Shown here: piece after piece, positions 8,918 to 18,175 of the stretch | Position numbering within the stretch: the stretch's first letter is position 1 | Layout of the letters: every line of letters begins with the position of its first letter | Origin: an uncultured bacterium | Lineage (GTDB): Bacteria > Lernaellota > Lernaellaia > Lernaellales > Lernaellaceae | Direction of reading: 5' to 3' | DNA: 36,055 nt | Assembly: GCA_964534375.1 (NCBI GenBank) | Contig: CAZHPN010000046.1 | Span: 1 to 36,055, forward strand | Notes under the pieces: generated by a model | What the model was told of the DNA's origin: nothing | Database searches by the model: none | What the model saw: the letters and a program-made list of their open reading frames with translations, nothing else | Program-made: the position numbers and the translations under genes

Positions 8918-10726
8918 TTATTTCAGCAGTTCCTGCTCGATTCTCTTCATGTCGGCTTCGACGCGCGCGGCGTCCTGATCGACCTGGGCGCGAGCGGCGA
9001 AATCGCCGTGGTGCGCAATGTAGTGTTTGATCTTGGGCTCGGTGCCGGAGGGGCGAATCGTCACGCTGCTCAGGCCGTCGTCGCCGAGAACGAACGCCAG
9101 CACGTTGCTGCGTTCCAGGCCCAGCGGCTTCTTTACGCCTGTTTTTAGATCCCAGTGCGTGTCGGTTTCGCGGTCGACGACCGCCGTCGTGGCCAGGCCG
9201 GCGATGGACCGCGGCGGCTCGCGGCGCAAGTCATCCATCAATTTTCGCATCTGCTCGGCGCCGGCTTCGCCTTCGAGGAACACCGAAAACTGGCGGTCGA
9301 CGAAATATCCGAATTTTGCCCACAACTCGGCCTGCGCCTGCAACAGCGTCTTGCCGCGGGCCTTCCAGTAGGCGGCGAGTTGCGCGACGCCGGCCGCGCC
9401 GGCCCCGCTGTCTTTGTCGCGCACTTCGGCCGTCAGCATATAGCCGATCGATTCCTCGCAGGCCATGACCATGGAGGTCGGCGGCTGCCCGGCCATTTCG
9501 CGCCGGTGGATCTCCGCCGCGATGTTCTTGAAGCCGACGAGCAGGTCATCGACGATCTCGACGCCGTGCGCTGCGGCGATGCGGCGCAGCATTCTGGTCG
9601 TCACCTGCGTGGTCAGGACATAGGCGTCGGCGGGCAGGGCGCCGCGTTCGCGCCGGCGCGTCAGCACGAAATCGAGGAGCAGCGCCTGGACTTCGTTGCC
9701 GGTCAGGTGCGCGAAGTTCCCGCGGCCGTCGGGCGCGGCGACGCCCAGGCGATCGGCGTCGGGGTCGCTGGCGATCGCCAGGTCGCCCCCGATTTCCTTG
9801 GCGAGCGCAATGGCGATATCCAGCACCGCCGGCATTTCCGGATTGGGATAATTGCGCGGTACGGTCGGGAAATGGCCGTCCATCGCGGCCTGTTGCGGAG
9901 GCAGGCGCACGTCTTTGAAACCGAGCGCCGCGAGCACCGGCGGCACGACGGTCACGCCCGTGCCGTGCAGCGGCGAGTAGACGATGGTCACGTCGCGTTC
10001 GTCGCAGAGCGGCAGATCGCGGCAACTCATGGCGACGTAGGCGCGATCGACGCGGTCGTCGAGAATCTCGACCAGGCCCTTTTCGATCGCCTCCTTCAGC
10101 GGCAGGCGCCCGATTTTGGCGACCCGTGCGACTTCCTCGAGCACCGCCCCGTCGTGCGGCGCGACCATTTGTCCGCCGTCTTCCCAGTAGGCCTTGAAGC
10201 CGTTGTCCGACGGCGGATTGTGGCTGGCCGTGATGACGGCGCCGGCGATCGCGTGCAGGTTTCGCACCGCGAACGACAGCAGCGGCGTCGCGCGCGGCCC
10301 GTCGAACAGGTACACATGCAGCCCCGCGGCGGCCAGCGTCTCGGCCGTGATGCGCGCGAACTCGGCTGACGAAAGGCGCACGTCGCAGGCGACGACGACG
10401 CCGCGCCGGGCGTAGGAACCGTCGCGATCCTGGCTCTTGATGTAGGCCGCCAGCCCCTGCGCCGACTCGCCGATCGTGCGCGCGTTCATCCGGTTCGAGC
10501 CCACGCCCACCAGGCCGCGCCGGCCGCCGGTGCCGAAGGGGATGATCTGATAGAACGCGTCGATCAGCGGCGTCGGCCGCAGTAAATCGACGACGCCGCC
10601 GCGGAACTCGGCGTAGTCCGGATCGGTCATCCACTTCACGGCTCGGCGGCAGGTCTCGTCGTTGATCGCGCCCGCATCGCGCAGGGCGTCGAGCACTTTC
10701 ACATAGCGGTTCGCGTCATCGGCCAT
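8918..10726 (-). CDS. pgm: Phospho-sugar mutase (phosphoglucomutase/phosphomannomutase, alpha-D-phosphohexomutase family)
   Basis: FGTGGRRG, TASHNP (phosphoserine), SDPDADR (metal), EESIG, RPSGTEPKIK. Confidence 0.93.
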   Translation of the reverse strand: MADDANRYVKVLDALRDAGAINDETCRRAVKWMTDPDYAEFRGGVVDLLRPTPLIDAFYQIIPFGTGGRRGLVGVGSNRMNARTIGESAQGLAAYIKSQDRDGSYARRGVVVACDVRLSSAEFARITAETLAAAGLHVYLFDGPRATPLLSFAVRNLHAIAGAVITASHNPPSDNGFKAYWEDGGQMVAPHDGAVLEEVARVAKIGRLPLKEAIEKGLVEILDDRVDRAYVAMSCRDLPLCDERDVTIVYSPLHGTGVTVVPPVLAALGFKDVRLPPQQAAMDGHFPTVPRNYPNPEMPAVLDIAIALAKEIGGDLAIASDPDADRLGVAAPDGRGNFAHLTGNEVQALLLDFVLTRRRERGALPADAYVLTTQVTTRMLRRIAAAHGVEIVDDLLVGFKNIAAEIHRREMAGQPPTSMVMACEESIGYMLTAEVRDKDSGAGAAGVAQLAAYWKARGKTLLQAQAELWAKFGYFVDRQFSVFLEGEAGAEQMRKLMDDLRREPPRSIAGLATTAVVDRETDTHWDLKTGVKKPLGLERSNVLAFVLGDDGLSSVTIRPSGTEPKIKHYIAHHGDFAARAQVDQDAARVEADMKRIEQELLK

Positions 10727-11417
10727 CGGCGACTCCCAATTTTTTCAACACGTCGTGCGTATCGGCGAAATTTTCGAACGCGATGTCGGCGCCGAGCGCG
10801 GTCAGTTGGGCGGCCGTGAAATTGAGCGTGCCGACGCCCACGGCGGTGCAACCGTTTTCTTTGGCGGTCCAGACGTCGCGATCGGTGTCGCCCACAACAT
10901 AAACATCGGCGCCCGGCGACGCCACGCGGCCCAGCAGCCGCGACGCCCGCTCCAGCGCGATCGGCACCAGCGCCGGCCGATGCTCGTGATCGTCGCCGAA
11001 CGCGCCAAACGGGAAAAAGCGCCAGAGATCGAAATGCAAGAGTTTGATCCGCGCGCCGCCGCGGACGTTGCCGGTCAGCAGACCGATCGAGACGTCGTCG
11101 CGGCCGCTCAGCGCTTCGAGCAATTCGCGGACGCCGGGGTAAAGCACGGCGTTCGTGCTTTTTGGCATCTCTTCGGCGAGGCGCTCGATGTAAATCTCGA
11201 CGAGCCGCGCGATTTCGGCGTCGACATCGGGGAAGGTCAGGCGGTGGCAGGCCAACGCTTCGCGGAAGATCGCCGGATCAATTTTGCCTTGAAACTGAAA
11301 GCCGTCGAAGGCGTCGGCGACGCCGTAGCGTTCGGCAAAAACGCGGGCCATCGCCCGCAGGCCGGCCCCGCCGGAGAGCATGAGCGTGCCGTCGATGTCA
11401 AAGAGGACGAACTTCAT
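10716..11417 (-). CDS. HAD-family hydrolase (phosphoglycolate phosphatase-like)
   Basis: LFDIDGTL motif I, LLTGN motif II, VGDTDRD motif IV; overlaps the pgm start by 11 nt. Confidence 0.9.
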   Translation of the reverse strand: MKFVLFDIDGTLMLSGGAGLRAMARVFAERYGVADAFDGFQFQGKIDPAIFREALACHRLTFPDVDAEIARLVEIYIERLAEEMPKSTNAVLYPGVRELLEALSGRDDVSIGLLTGNVRGGARIKLLHFDLWRFFPFGAFGDDHEHRPALVPIALERASRLLGRVASPGADVYVVGDTDRDVWTAKENGCTAVGVGTLNFTAAQLTALGADIAFENFADTHDVLKKLGVADGR

Positions 11418-11432
11418 GGGGCGAAGCCAGTT

Positions 11433-11708
11433 GATTGCGGATTGCGGATTGCGGATTGCGGAATGAAGAAAAGAGGCCGCGGGCGGGCTCGGCGGGCGCG
11501 CCGATAGGACCTATAGGTCGTATAGGTCCTATAAGACCTATAGGCCGGTCGCCGTCGGGAGTTTGCCCCGGACCCCGAACCTGCCTGCGCCAAGGCTACG
11601 GCAAGCAGGCCTCGAATCCTGAATCTCGAGCGCGGATTGTCGCTCGGCCGCGGAAATCTGTGAAATCTGTGAAATCTGTGGATGCCCGAACCCCGAACCC
11701 CGAACCCC
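11433..11708. repeat. Mosaic of short tandem arrays: (GATTGCG)x4, (ATAGGACCT-like)x4.5, CCCGAAC-like units split by a 30-bp palindrome, (GAAATCTGT)x3, (CCCGAAC)x3
   Basis: Modules at 11433-11460, 11504-11544, about 11567-11630 (palindrome 11580-11609), 11653-11679 and 11685-11705. Confidence 0.92.
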
Positions 11709-11719
11709 GTCATCGCGCG

Positions 11720-12244
11720 CTAGCGATACGTGCGTTCGAGCCGGGCGAGGACCGGCGCGATACTCTTGAGTTGATTGCGGTCGGCGATGACCATCACGTC
11801 GAGGTTTTCCAGGACGCGCTGATCGGGCCCGAACTTCGAGGGCAGAATCTTGCCGAGGTATTCCGCCGCTTCGCCCGCGTCGACGCTCGAGAGGCCGATG
11901 CCGGGCAGGGGGAGTGCGAAATGCGTCACCTGCAGCTTGCGCAGGGCGTCGCACGCTTGGTTGACGATCGAGCGGTACAAATCGAAATCGAATTTCGCCG
12001 TCGGCCCGAGGCCGATCAGCAGGATTTTCTGGCAGGCCATGCGGCGGGCGGCGGGCATCAGCAGAGGTTCGCCAAATTTGCCGTCGACGAAGCGGGCCAT
12101 AATCAGTTTCGAAAGCCGGCCGCACATGTGCCAATCGGACATGCCGGCCGTGCCTTTGAGCGGGCGTTCATCCTGAAAAAAGGACAGCACCAGAGCGTCG
12201 GTCTGGATTTGGTCGACTTCCTGACTGACGCCGCGCAACTTCAT
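11720..12244 (-). CDS. Stand-alone leucyl aminopeptidase (M17) N-terminal-like domain protein, about 174 aa
   Basis: DALVLSFFQDERPLKG..DW...GRLS, FxGKFGEPLL, KILLIGLG pattern; ATGA overlap with the nusB stop. Confidence 0.7.
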   Translation of the reverse strand: MKLRGVSQEVDQIQTDALVLSFFQDERPLKGTAGMSDWHMCGRLSKLIMARFVDGKFGEPLLMPAARRMACQKILLIGLGPTAKFDFDLYRSIVNQACDALRKLQVTHFALPLPGIGLSSVDAGEAAEYLGKILPSKFGPDQRVLENLDVMVIADRNQLKSIAPVLARLERTYR

Positions 12245-12681
12245 TCGGCTTCTTTCTCGATTTCGCCGTCGGCGGACCGTTTGCAGTCGCGGGCAATCTT
12301 GTCGATGATTCCGTTGATGAAGGCCCCCGAGTCTTCGGTGCCGAAACGTTTGCCGATTTCCACCGCCTCGTTGATCGTCACGTTCTTCGGAATCTCCTCG
12401 CAACACAGAATCTCGTACGTCGCGATCCGCAAGACATTGCGGTCGACCCCGTTCATCCGTTCCAGGCTCCAGTTCTCGGAGTATTGCGCGAGCAATTCGT
12501 CGATCTGCTTGCGGTGCGCCAGCACACCGTACACGAGCCGGCAGCAGAAATCGTACACTTCCCGCGGGACCTGGATGTCGCGCCAGAACAACTGAATCGC
12601 TTCCTCGATCGGCGTTTCCACCATATCGTGCTGATACAGGATCTGGAGCGTAAATTCGCGCGCTTTATGTCGGTTGCCCAT
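12241..12681 (-). CDS. nusB: Transcription antitermination factor NusB
   Basis: RHKAREFTLQILY, WSLERM, DRNVLR, INEAVEIGKRFG, FINGIID; downstream of ribH. Confidence 0.97.
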   Translation of the reverse strand: MGNRHKAREFTLQILYQHDMVETPIEEAIQLFWRDIQVPREVYDFCCRLVYGVLAHRKQIDELLAQYSENWSLERMNGVDRNVLRIATYEILCCEEIPKNVTINEAVEIGKRFGTEDSGAFINGIIDKIARDCKRSADGEIEKEAE

Positions 12682-12687
12682 GATTCT

Positions 12688-13149
12688 CTACAATTGCTCG
12701 TACAAGCTGATCATTTCCATCGCCGCCGTCGCGGCCTCGGCGCCCTTGTTGCCCGCTTTCGCCCCCGCGCGCTCAATGGCCTGCTCGATCGTGTCGGTGG
12801 TCAACACGCCGAAAATCACCGGCGTCTTGCCTTCCATCGCCACCTGCGCCACGCCCTTGCTGACCTCGGCCGCGATGTACTCGAAATGGGGCGTGCCGCC
12901 GCGGATGACGCAGCCGAGCGCGAGGATCGCGTCGAACTGGCCGCTCTGCGCCATCCGGCGGGCGACGGCCGGCAATTCGAAGGCGCCGGGCGCCCAGACG
13001 ACCGTGATCTTCTCGCGCTCGCCGTCGTGCCGCACGATCGCATCGACCGCGCCGTCGAGCAATTTGGTCGTGATGAAGCTGTTCCAGCGCGACACGGCGA
13101 CGCCGAACCGGTATCCCGTGGCGACGATTTTCCCCTCAATTACCTTCAT
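12688..13149 (-). CDS. ribH: 6,7-dimethyl-8-ribityllumazine synthase
   Basis: [41 protein letters not shown]. Confidence 0.97.
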   Translation of the reverse strand: MKVIEGKIVATGYRFGVAVSRWNSFITTKLLDGAVDAIVRHDGEREKITVVWAPGAFELPAVARRMAQSGQFDAILALGCVIRGGTPHFEYIAAEVSKGVAQVAMEGKTPVIFGVLTTDTIEQAIERAGAKAGNKGAEAATAAMEMISLYEQL

Positions 13150-14383
13150 TTTCCGCCTCTTCGCAGCAGTCGTCGAGATGCGTCAAGTGGTGCCCGAGCT
13201 TTTCCTTTTTCGTACGCATATAATCGATGTTTTCGCGCCGATACGCGACCTCAATCTGTACCCGATCGACGACGTTGAGTCCATAGCCCGACAACCCGTG
13301 GATTTTCTTCGGGTTGTTGGTCAGCAAGCGCAGATCGCGCACGCCCAGCGCGACCAGAATCTGCGCGCCGACGCCGTAATCCCGCAGGTCCGCTTTGAAG
13401 CCGAGCTGCCGGTTGGCCTCGACGGTGTCCAGACCCTGCTCCTGCAAGGCGTACGCTTTGATCTTGTTGCCCAGGCCGATGCCGCGCCCTTCCTGGTTCA
13501 TGTACAGCAGCACGCCGCGGCCTTCCGCCTCAATCATCTTCATCGCCTTGTGCAACTGGTCGCCGCAGTCGCACCGCAACGAACCCAGCACGTCGCCCGT
13601 CAGGCAACTCGAATGCACGCGAACGAGCGGCGGCGGGCCTTTGCTGACGTCCCCTTTGATCAACGCGACGTGCTCCAAACCCTTGGCCTCGACGTCCGAG
13701 ACAAACACCTTCGCCGTGAACTCGCCGCCGAAGTGGGTCGGCAGGCGGGCCTCGGCGACGCACTGCACGTGCAATTCCTGCCGCATGCGGTGCTCGATGA
13801 TCTCGGCGATCGTGCAAATCATCAGGCCGTGTTCGGCCGCGAATTTTTCAAGGTCCGGCATGCGGGCCATCGTGCCGTCTTCCTTCATCACTTCGCAAAT
13901 GACGGCCATCGGCTTCAACCCGGCCAGCTTCATCAGGTCGACGCTGCCTTCGGTCTGGCCGGTGCGCAGCAGCACGCCGCCCTTGGCGGCGCGCAGCGGA
14001 AACACGTGGCCGGGCCGCGCCAAGTCGGCGGGCCGCGTTTTTTCGTCGACGGCAGTCAGGATGGTAGTCGCCCGATCCTGCGCTGAAATGCCGGTCGTGA
14101 CGCCCTGCCGCGCTTCGATGCTGATGGTGAACGCCGTGCCGAAACGGCTGGTGTTGTCGGTGACCATCGGCGGCAAGTGCAACTGATCGGCGCGCTCTTC
14201 GGTCATTGGCAGGCAGACCAAGCCGCGGGCCTTGGTGATCATGAAATTGATAGCCGCCGGCGTCACCAGTTCCGCGGCCATGCACAAGTCGCCTTCGTTT
14301 TCGCGGTCTTCATCGTCGACAAGAATGACCATCTTGCCCTGGCGCAGGGTCTCGATGATCTCGGGCAGTTTCGCCAATTGCAT
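13136..14383 (-). CDS. ribBA: Bifunctional DHBP synthase / GTP cyclohydrolase II, about 415 aa
   Basis: [50 protein letters not shown]; start ATG 14383. Confidence 0.97.
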   Translation of the reverse strand: MQLAKLPEIIETLRQGKMVILVDDEDRENEGDLCMAAELVTPAAINFMITKARGLVCLPMTEERADQLHLPPMVTDNTSRFGTAFTISIEARQGVTTGISAQDRATTILTAVDEKTRPADLARPGHVFPLRAAKGGVLLRTGQTEGSVDLMKLAGLKPMAVICEVMKEDGTMARMPDLEKFAAEHGLMICTIAEIIEHRMRQELHVQCVAEARLPTHFGGEFTAKVFVSDVEAKGLEHVALIKGDVSKGPPPLVRVHSSCLTGDVLGSLRCDCGDQLHKAMKMIEAEGRGVLLYMNQEGRGIGLGNKIKAYALQEQGLDTVEANRQLGFKADLRDYGVGAQILVALGVRDLRLLTNNPKKIHGLSGYGLNVVDRVQIEVAYRRENIDYMRTKKEKLGHHLTHLDDCCEEAENEGN

Positions 14384-14391
14384 TTTCGGAC

Positions 14392-15045
14392 CTACTTCAA
14401 AAAGCCGTGTTCGGCCAGAAAGCGCTCGTTGAGCGTCGTTTTCTCCGCGCCGGCGGAGCGCGCGGCGAGCAGTTTTTCCACGTATTTGCCGAGCAAATCC
14501 GCCTCCAGATTGACCTTCGATCCGGGCCGCCGTTCGTGCAGCGTCGTCGCCGCCCAGGTGTGCGGGATGATGCCCACTTCGAAGCCCGACTCGTCCACCG
14601 CGTTGAGCGTCAAACTGACGCCGTCGAGCGCGATCGAACCCTTGGGCACGCAATAACGCAGCACGTCCGCCGGCGCCGCGACGCGCAGCCGCACGAAACC
14701 CGCGGTCTCTTTGACCTCGACGACCTCGCCCACGGCGTCGACGTGCCCCGCAACCACGTGTCCGCCGAGGCGATCGCTCAGGCGCAGCGACCGCTCGAGA
14801 TTCAGGCGATCGCCGACGCGCCGCGCGCCCGCCGTGGTGCGCTCGACCTTTTCCGGACTGACCTCGACGTCGAAGACGGCGCCGTCGGCGGCGACGACGG
14901 TCTGGCAATAGCCGTCCAGCGAAATCGACTCGCCGAGCGCCAAGTCGGTCCACGCCGGTTCCGGCAGCACGCCGAAAACCAAGTTCACGCCGCGGCGTCT
15001 CACCGCCGTCAGCCGGCCGACGCGCTCGATCAGGCCAGTAAACAT
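14392..15045 (-). CDS. ribE: Riboflavin synthase (alpha chain)
   Basis: Diagnostic N-terminus [35 protein letters not shown]. Confidence 0.96.
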   Translation of the reverse strand: MFTGLIERVGRLTAVRRRGVNLVFGVLPEPAWTDLALGESISLDGYCQTVVAADGAVFDVEVSPEKVERTTAGARRVGDRLNLERSLRLSDRLGGHVVAGHVDAVGEVVEVKETAGFVRLRVAAPADVLRYCVPKGSIALDGVSLTLNAVDESGFEVGIIPHTWAATTLHERRPGSKVNLEADLLGKYVEKLLAARSAGAEKTTLNERFLAEHGFLK

Positions 15046-16190
15046 TCGCCGATGTCCTCGAGGTAGCCTTCGACCAGCAAGTCTTGCCCGAGCGTGCGCG
15101 GCCGCAGGTTGCGCACCGCTCGCGCCTCGCGCATGACCTGGGCCAGTTCGCCGCCGACCCACGAGATCGCCCCGGACCCGCCGATGATTTTCGGCGCCAG
15201 CGCCAAGGCCAGCTTGTCGGCCATTCGGCGGCGCAGGAACGACGCGTGTACCCGTCCGCCGCCCTCGACGAGCACGCTGCCGATCTCGCGGGCGTGGAGA
15301 TGACGCAACAGCGCCACTACATCCACATCCCCCGCATCGTCGGCGGGGAATATTTCCACCTTAACGCCAGGTTTGGCAAGGCGGATGCGCGCGGCGGCCG
15401 GCGCGAGCTCCGTCGCGGCGATGAGCGTCTCGCCCGGCAGGTCGCCGGAAGCGACCCGGCACGACGGCAGCGTGCGCAAGCGCGAATCCAAGATGACCCG
15501 CAACGGCTGGCGATACGGCCGATCGTTCGGCAGCCGGCACGTCAAACTGGGATCGTCGGCCAGGACCGTGTTAACGCCGACCAGGATCGCATCGTACACA
15601 TGCCGCAGCCAGTGAACGTATCGCAGGGCCGGCGGGCCGCTGACCCAGCGGCTGTCGCCGTTGGCGGCGGCGATTTTGCCGTCGAGCGTGATCGCCGCCT
15701 TGAGCGTGACGAACGGGCGGCCGGCGCAGATGTAGCGGCAATAGATTTCGTTGAGCGCGATCGCCTCCACGCCGTACGGCCCGATCTCGACCGGAATCCC
15801 CGCGGCCGCAAGGCGGCGGATGCCCGCGCCGTTGACCTTTGGGTTTGGGTCCTGGTGGGCGATGATCACCCGCGCGATGCGCGCTTCGACGATCGCGTCG
15901 GTGCAGGGCGGGGTGCGGCCGAAGTGGTCGCAGGGTTCGAGATTGACGACCATCGTCGCGCCGGCCGGGTCCTCGCCGCGGGCGCGGCAGTCGTCGAGCG
16001 CGGCGCGTTCGGCGTGCGCCTGCCCGACGCGGGCATGATGCCCTTCGCCGATCACGCGGCCATTCTTTAGAATTACGCACCCGACCAGCGGATTGGGGCT
16101 GGTCCAACCCCGGCCGCGGGCCGCCAGGCGCAACGCGCGGCGCATAGCTTGCGCAACCAGTTCGGCCTCGGGCGCGGCGTCATCGTTCAT
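15030..16190 (-). CDS. ribD: Bifunctional diaminohydroxyphosphoribosylaminopyrimidine deaminase / reductase
   Basis: [35 protein letters not shown]. Confidence 0.96.
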   Translation of the reverse strand: MNDDAAPEAELVAQAMRRALRLAARGRGWTSPNPLVGCVILKNGRVIGEGHHARVGQAHAERAALDDCRARGEDPAGATMVVNLEPCDHFGRTPPCTDAIVEARIARVIIAHQDPNPKVNGAGIRRLAAAGIPVEIGPYGVEAIALNEIYCRYICAGRPFVTLKAAITLDGKIAAANGDSRWVSGPPALRYVHWLRHVYDAILVGVNTVLADDPSLTCRLPNDRPYRQPLRVILDSRLRTLPSCRVASGDLPGETLIAATELAPAAARIRLAKPGVKVEIFPADDAGDVDVVALLRHLHAREIGSVLVEGGGRVHASFLRRRMADKLALALAPKIIGGSGAISWVGGELAQVMREARAVRNLRPRTLGQDLLVEGYLEDIGECLLA

Positions 16191-16635
16191 TCAGAATCTC
16201 TTTGAGTTCCGACATGAAATCGTCGACGTCTTTGAACGAGCGGTAGACGGACGCGAAGCGCACGTAGGCGACGGGGTTCAAATCCCGCAGTTGCTTGACG
16301 ACGTATTCGCCGATCTCGGCGCTGGAGATTTCGCGTTCGCCCGATTCGGAGAAATGCCGCTCGATGTCGGTGACGAGTTCCTCCATCCGGTCGATGGAGA
16401 TGGGCAGTTTCTCGCAGGCGCGGCTGATGCCGTTGAAGATTTTCTGGCGTTCGAATGGCTCGCGGCGGCCGTCCTTTTTCACGACGTGCGGCAGGTTTTC
16501 CTCGATGCGTTCATAGGTCGTGAACCGCCGGGCGCACTTGAGGCATTCGCGCCGGCGGCGGATCACGTTTCCTTCCTTGCGGAAACGCGAATCCATCACT
16601 TTGCTTTGATCGGAACCGCAATACGGACAACGCAT
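16180..16635 (-). CDS. nrdR: Transcriptional repressor NrdR
   Basis: [24 protein letters not shown]-cone [28 protein letters not shown] spacing favours ATG 16635 over 16641. Confidence 0.97.
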   Translation of the reverse strand: MRCPYCGSDQSKVMDSRFRKEGNVIRRRRECLKCARRFTTYERIEENLPHVVKKDGRREPFERQKIFNGISRACEKLPISIDRMEELVTDIERHFSESGEREISSAEIGEYVVKQLRDLNPVAYVRFASVYRSFKDVDDFMSELKEILNER

Positions 16636-16651
16636 CGGCATGCTCCTTAAA

Positions 16652-16737
16652 TGGGGAAAGCACGAACAAGAAACAGAGAAGTTGGCCGGTCGCCCCGGGC
16701 CTTTTTCCTTTTTCCTTTTTACTTCTTCCCTTCTTCC
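16652..16737. repeat. Second copy of the AAAGGAA heptamer array (minus strand, overlapping the rpiB stop) with a degenerate pyrimidine counter-arm
   Basis: Minus strand GGAAGAAGGGAAGAAGTAAAAAGGAAAAAGGAAAAAG shares AAGTAAAAAGGAAAAAGGAAAAAG exactly with the array after ppc. Confidence 0.75.
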
Positions 16738-17165
16738 AGGGCGGCGATCTTCGCCACTCGTTTCGCGTGCCGCCCACCGTCAAAAGGCGTCTCCAGAAAG
16801 ATGCGCACGATATCCCGCGCGAGGTCGGGCCCGAGCACGCGCCCGCCGAGCGCCAGCACATTGGCGTCGTTGTGCCGCCGCGCCATCCGCGCCATGTACT
16901 CGTTGGTGCATAGGGCGCACCGCACGCCGGGGACCTTGTTGGCGACGATGCTCATGCCGATGCCCGAGCCGCAGACCAGCACGCCGAACTCGGCCTCGCC
17001 GCCGGCGACCATTTCGGCCGTCAGTTTGCCGAAGTCGGGATAATCGACGCTTTCGTCCGTGTGCGTGCCGAGATCCGTCACCTCGCCGCCGAACTCGACG
17101 ATGTAGTCTTTCAGCATTTCCTTGAGCGCCAACCCGCCATGGTCGCAACCGATGACGATTTTCAT
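16719..17165 (-). CDS. rpiB: Ribose 5-phosphate isomerase B
   Basis: [47 protein letters not shown]. Confidence 0.97.
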   Translation of the reverse strand: MKIVIGCDHGGLALKEMLKDYIVEFGGEVTDLGTHTDESVDYPDFGKLTAEMVAGGEAEFGVLVCGSGIGMSIVANKVPGVRCALCTNEYMARMARRHNDANVLALGGRVLGPDLARDIVRIFLETPFDGGRHAKRVAKIAALEEGKK

Positions 17166-17195
17166 TTTCTGTTCTCCCGTCGCCAACCCTGGAAT

Positions 17196-17243
17196 TTACC
17201 ACATATTATAGCCCGCAGGCTCCACCAGCGCAATATTTGGTGT
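17196..17243. promoter_or_regulatory. Candidate tandem NrdR boxes overlapping the -10 and -35 elements
   Basis: TTACCACATATTATAG (17196-17211) and GCGCAATATTTGGTGT (17228-17243), 32 bp apart; resemble the acaCwAtATaTwGtgt consensus (9/16 and 12/16). Confidence 0.5.
17205..17233 (-). promoter_or_regulatory. Sigma70-type promoter of the rpiB-nrdR-rib-nusB operon
   Basis: Minus strand TTGCGC (17233-17228), 17-nt spacer, TATAAT (17210-17205), about 40 nt upstream of the rpiB ATG. Confidence 0.75.
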
Positions 17244-17292
17244 AGGTCGCGCGTGATGTCAATTGGTTAACCGCTTGGCGGCGACGCCGCGG

Positions 17293-18156
17293 TCACGCGA
17301 TCCGGATCGCCTCGGCGACCGCCGCGGCGAGACCCGGCGCGCCGGCGGCGGCGCGGGCGAGCACGTCGGCGTGCGTCAGGCGCTCGCGCCGCGAGCCGTC
17401 GTCGCCCTTGTTGACGACCAGCGCCAGCGCCGCGACTTCGAGGCCGGCGTAGCGGGCGTAAAGCGCCTCGGGGACGGTGCTCATGCAGACCGCGTCGGCG
17501 CCGAGCGTGCGGAGCAGGCGGACCTCGGCGGGCGTTTCGTAGTTTGGGCCGGGCATCGCCGCGAGCACGCCGAGGTGCAAGCGCACGTCCAACGGCTCGA
17601 GCGCGCGACGCAACGGCTCGTATAGGTCGGAGCGGTACAACCCGGCGAGATCGACGAACGGCGTGGCCTCGCCCGGGGCGAACGGGTTGGCGTCGCGGGC
17701 CATGGCAAAGAGCGGATTGGGCTGCGTCAGGTTGATGTGGTCGGCAACCAGCAGCAGATCGCCCGGTTCATAGGCGGGATTGATGGCGCCCACCGAACTG
17801 GTCAGCGCCATCAGCCGCGCGCCAAGGCCCGCCGCAAGCTGCACCGGCAGCGTGACCTGCGCGCCCGACGCGCCTTCATACAAATGAAACCGGCCTGCGA
17901 ACACCGCCGTGCGTTTGCCGCCCATGCGGCCGACGACCAGCTTGCCCGGATGGCCCGGAATGATCGTCGGCGGGAAACCGTCGATCGCGGCGTACGGCAG
18001 TTCGCGTTCGACCTCCAACTGCGCGGCGACGCCGGCCAGGCCGCTGCCCGCGAGCACCGCCGCGTCGATCGCGTCGACGCCGTGGCGGGCGAGGCTCGCC
18101 AGAATCCGCTCGCGGTCGGGGTGGTGCAGTGTCAAACGGGGGGCCGCCGGGGTCAT
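17293..18156 (-). CDS. punA: Purine-nucleoside phosphorylase (trimeric PNP/MTAP family)
   Basis: GSGL, PGHPG, GRFHLYEG, DHIN, GPNYETPAE, GADAVCMSTVPE, VVN. Confidence 0.9.
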   Translation of the reverse strand: MTPAAPRLTLHHPDRERILASLARHGVDAIDAAVLAGSGLAGVAAQLEVERELPYAAIDGFPPTIIPGHPGKLVVGRMGGKRTAVFAGRFHLYEGASGAQVTLPVQLAAGLGARLMALTSSVGAINPAYEPGDLLLVADHINLTQPNPLFAMARDANPFAPGEATPFVDLAGLYRSDLYEPLRRALEPLDVRLHLGVLAAMPGPNYETPAEVRLLRTLGADAVCMSTVPEALYARYAGLEVAALALVVNKGDDGSRRERLTHADVLARAAAGAPGLAAAVAEAIRIA

Positions 18157-18175
18157 CGCGTCGCCGGCGCGGCGT

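Noticed and set aside
2440..8918. Long antisense/alternate-frame ORFs (e.g. 2440..5229, 5552..7267, 6561..8918; likewise 25136..27043)
   Set aside because: Arg/Ala/Gly-rich shadow ORFs expected in high-GC DNA, overlapping well-supported genes and lacking motifs.
8791..9148. Small ORFs translated from repeats (MRNADCGMQNAECG..., MRIADCGLRN..., FTVHCSLFTV...)
   Set aside because: They are translations of heptamer arrays, lack an RBS and run antisense into real genes.
16636..17290. FMN riboswitch for the rib operon
   Set aside because: No RFN consensus is visible and the leader after the predicted promoter is only about 35 nt.
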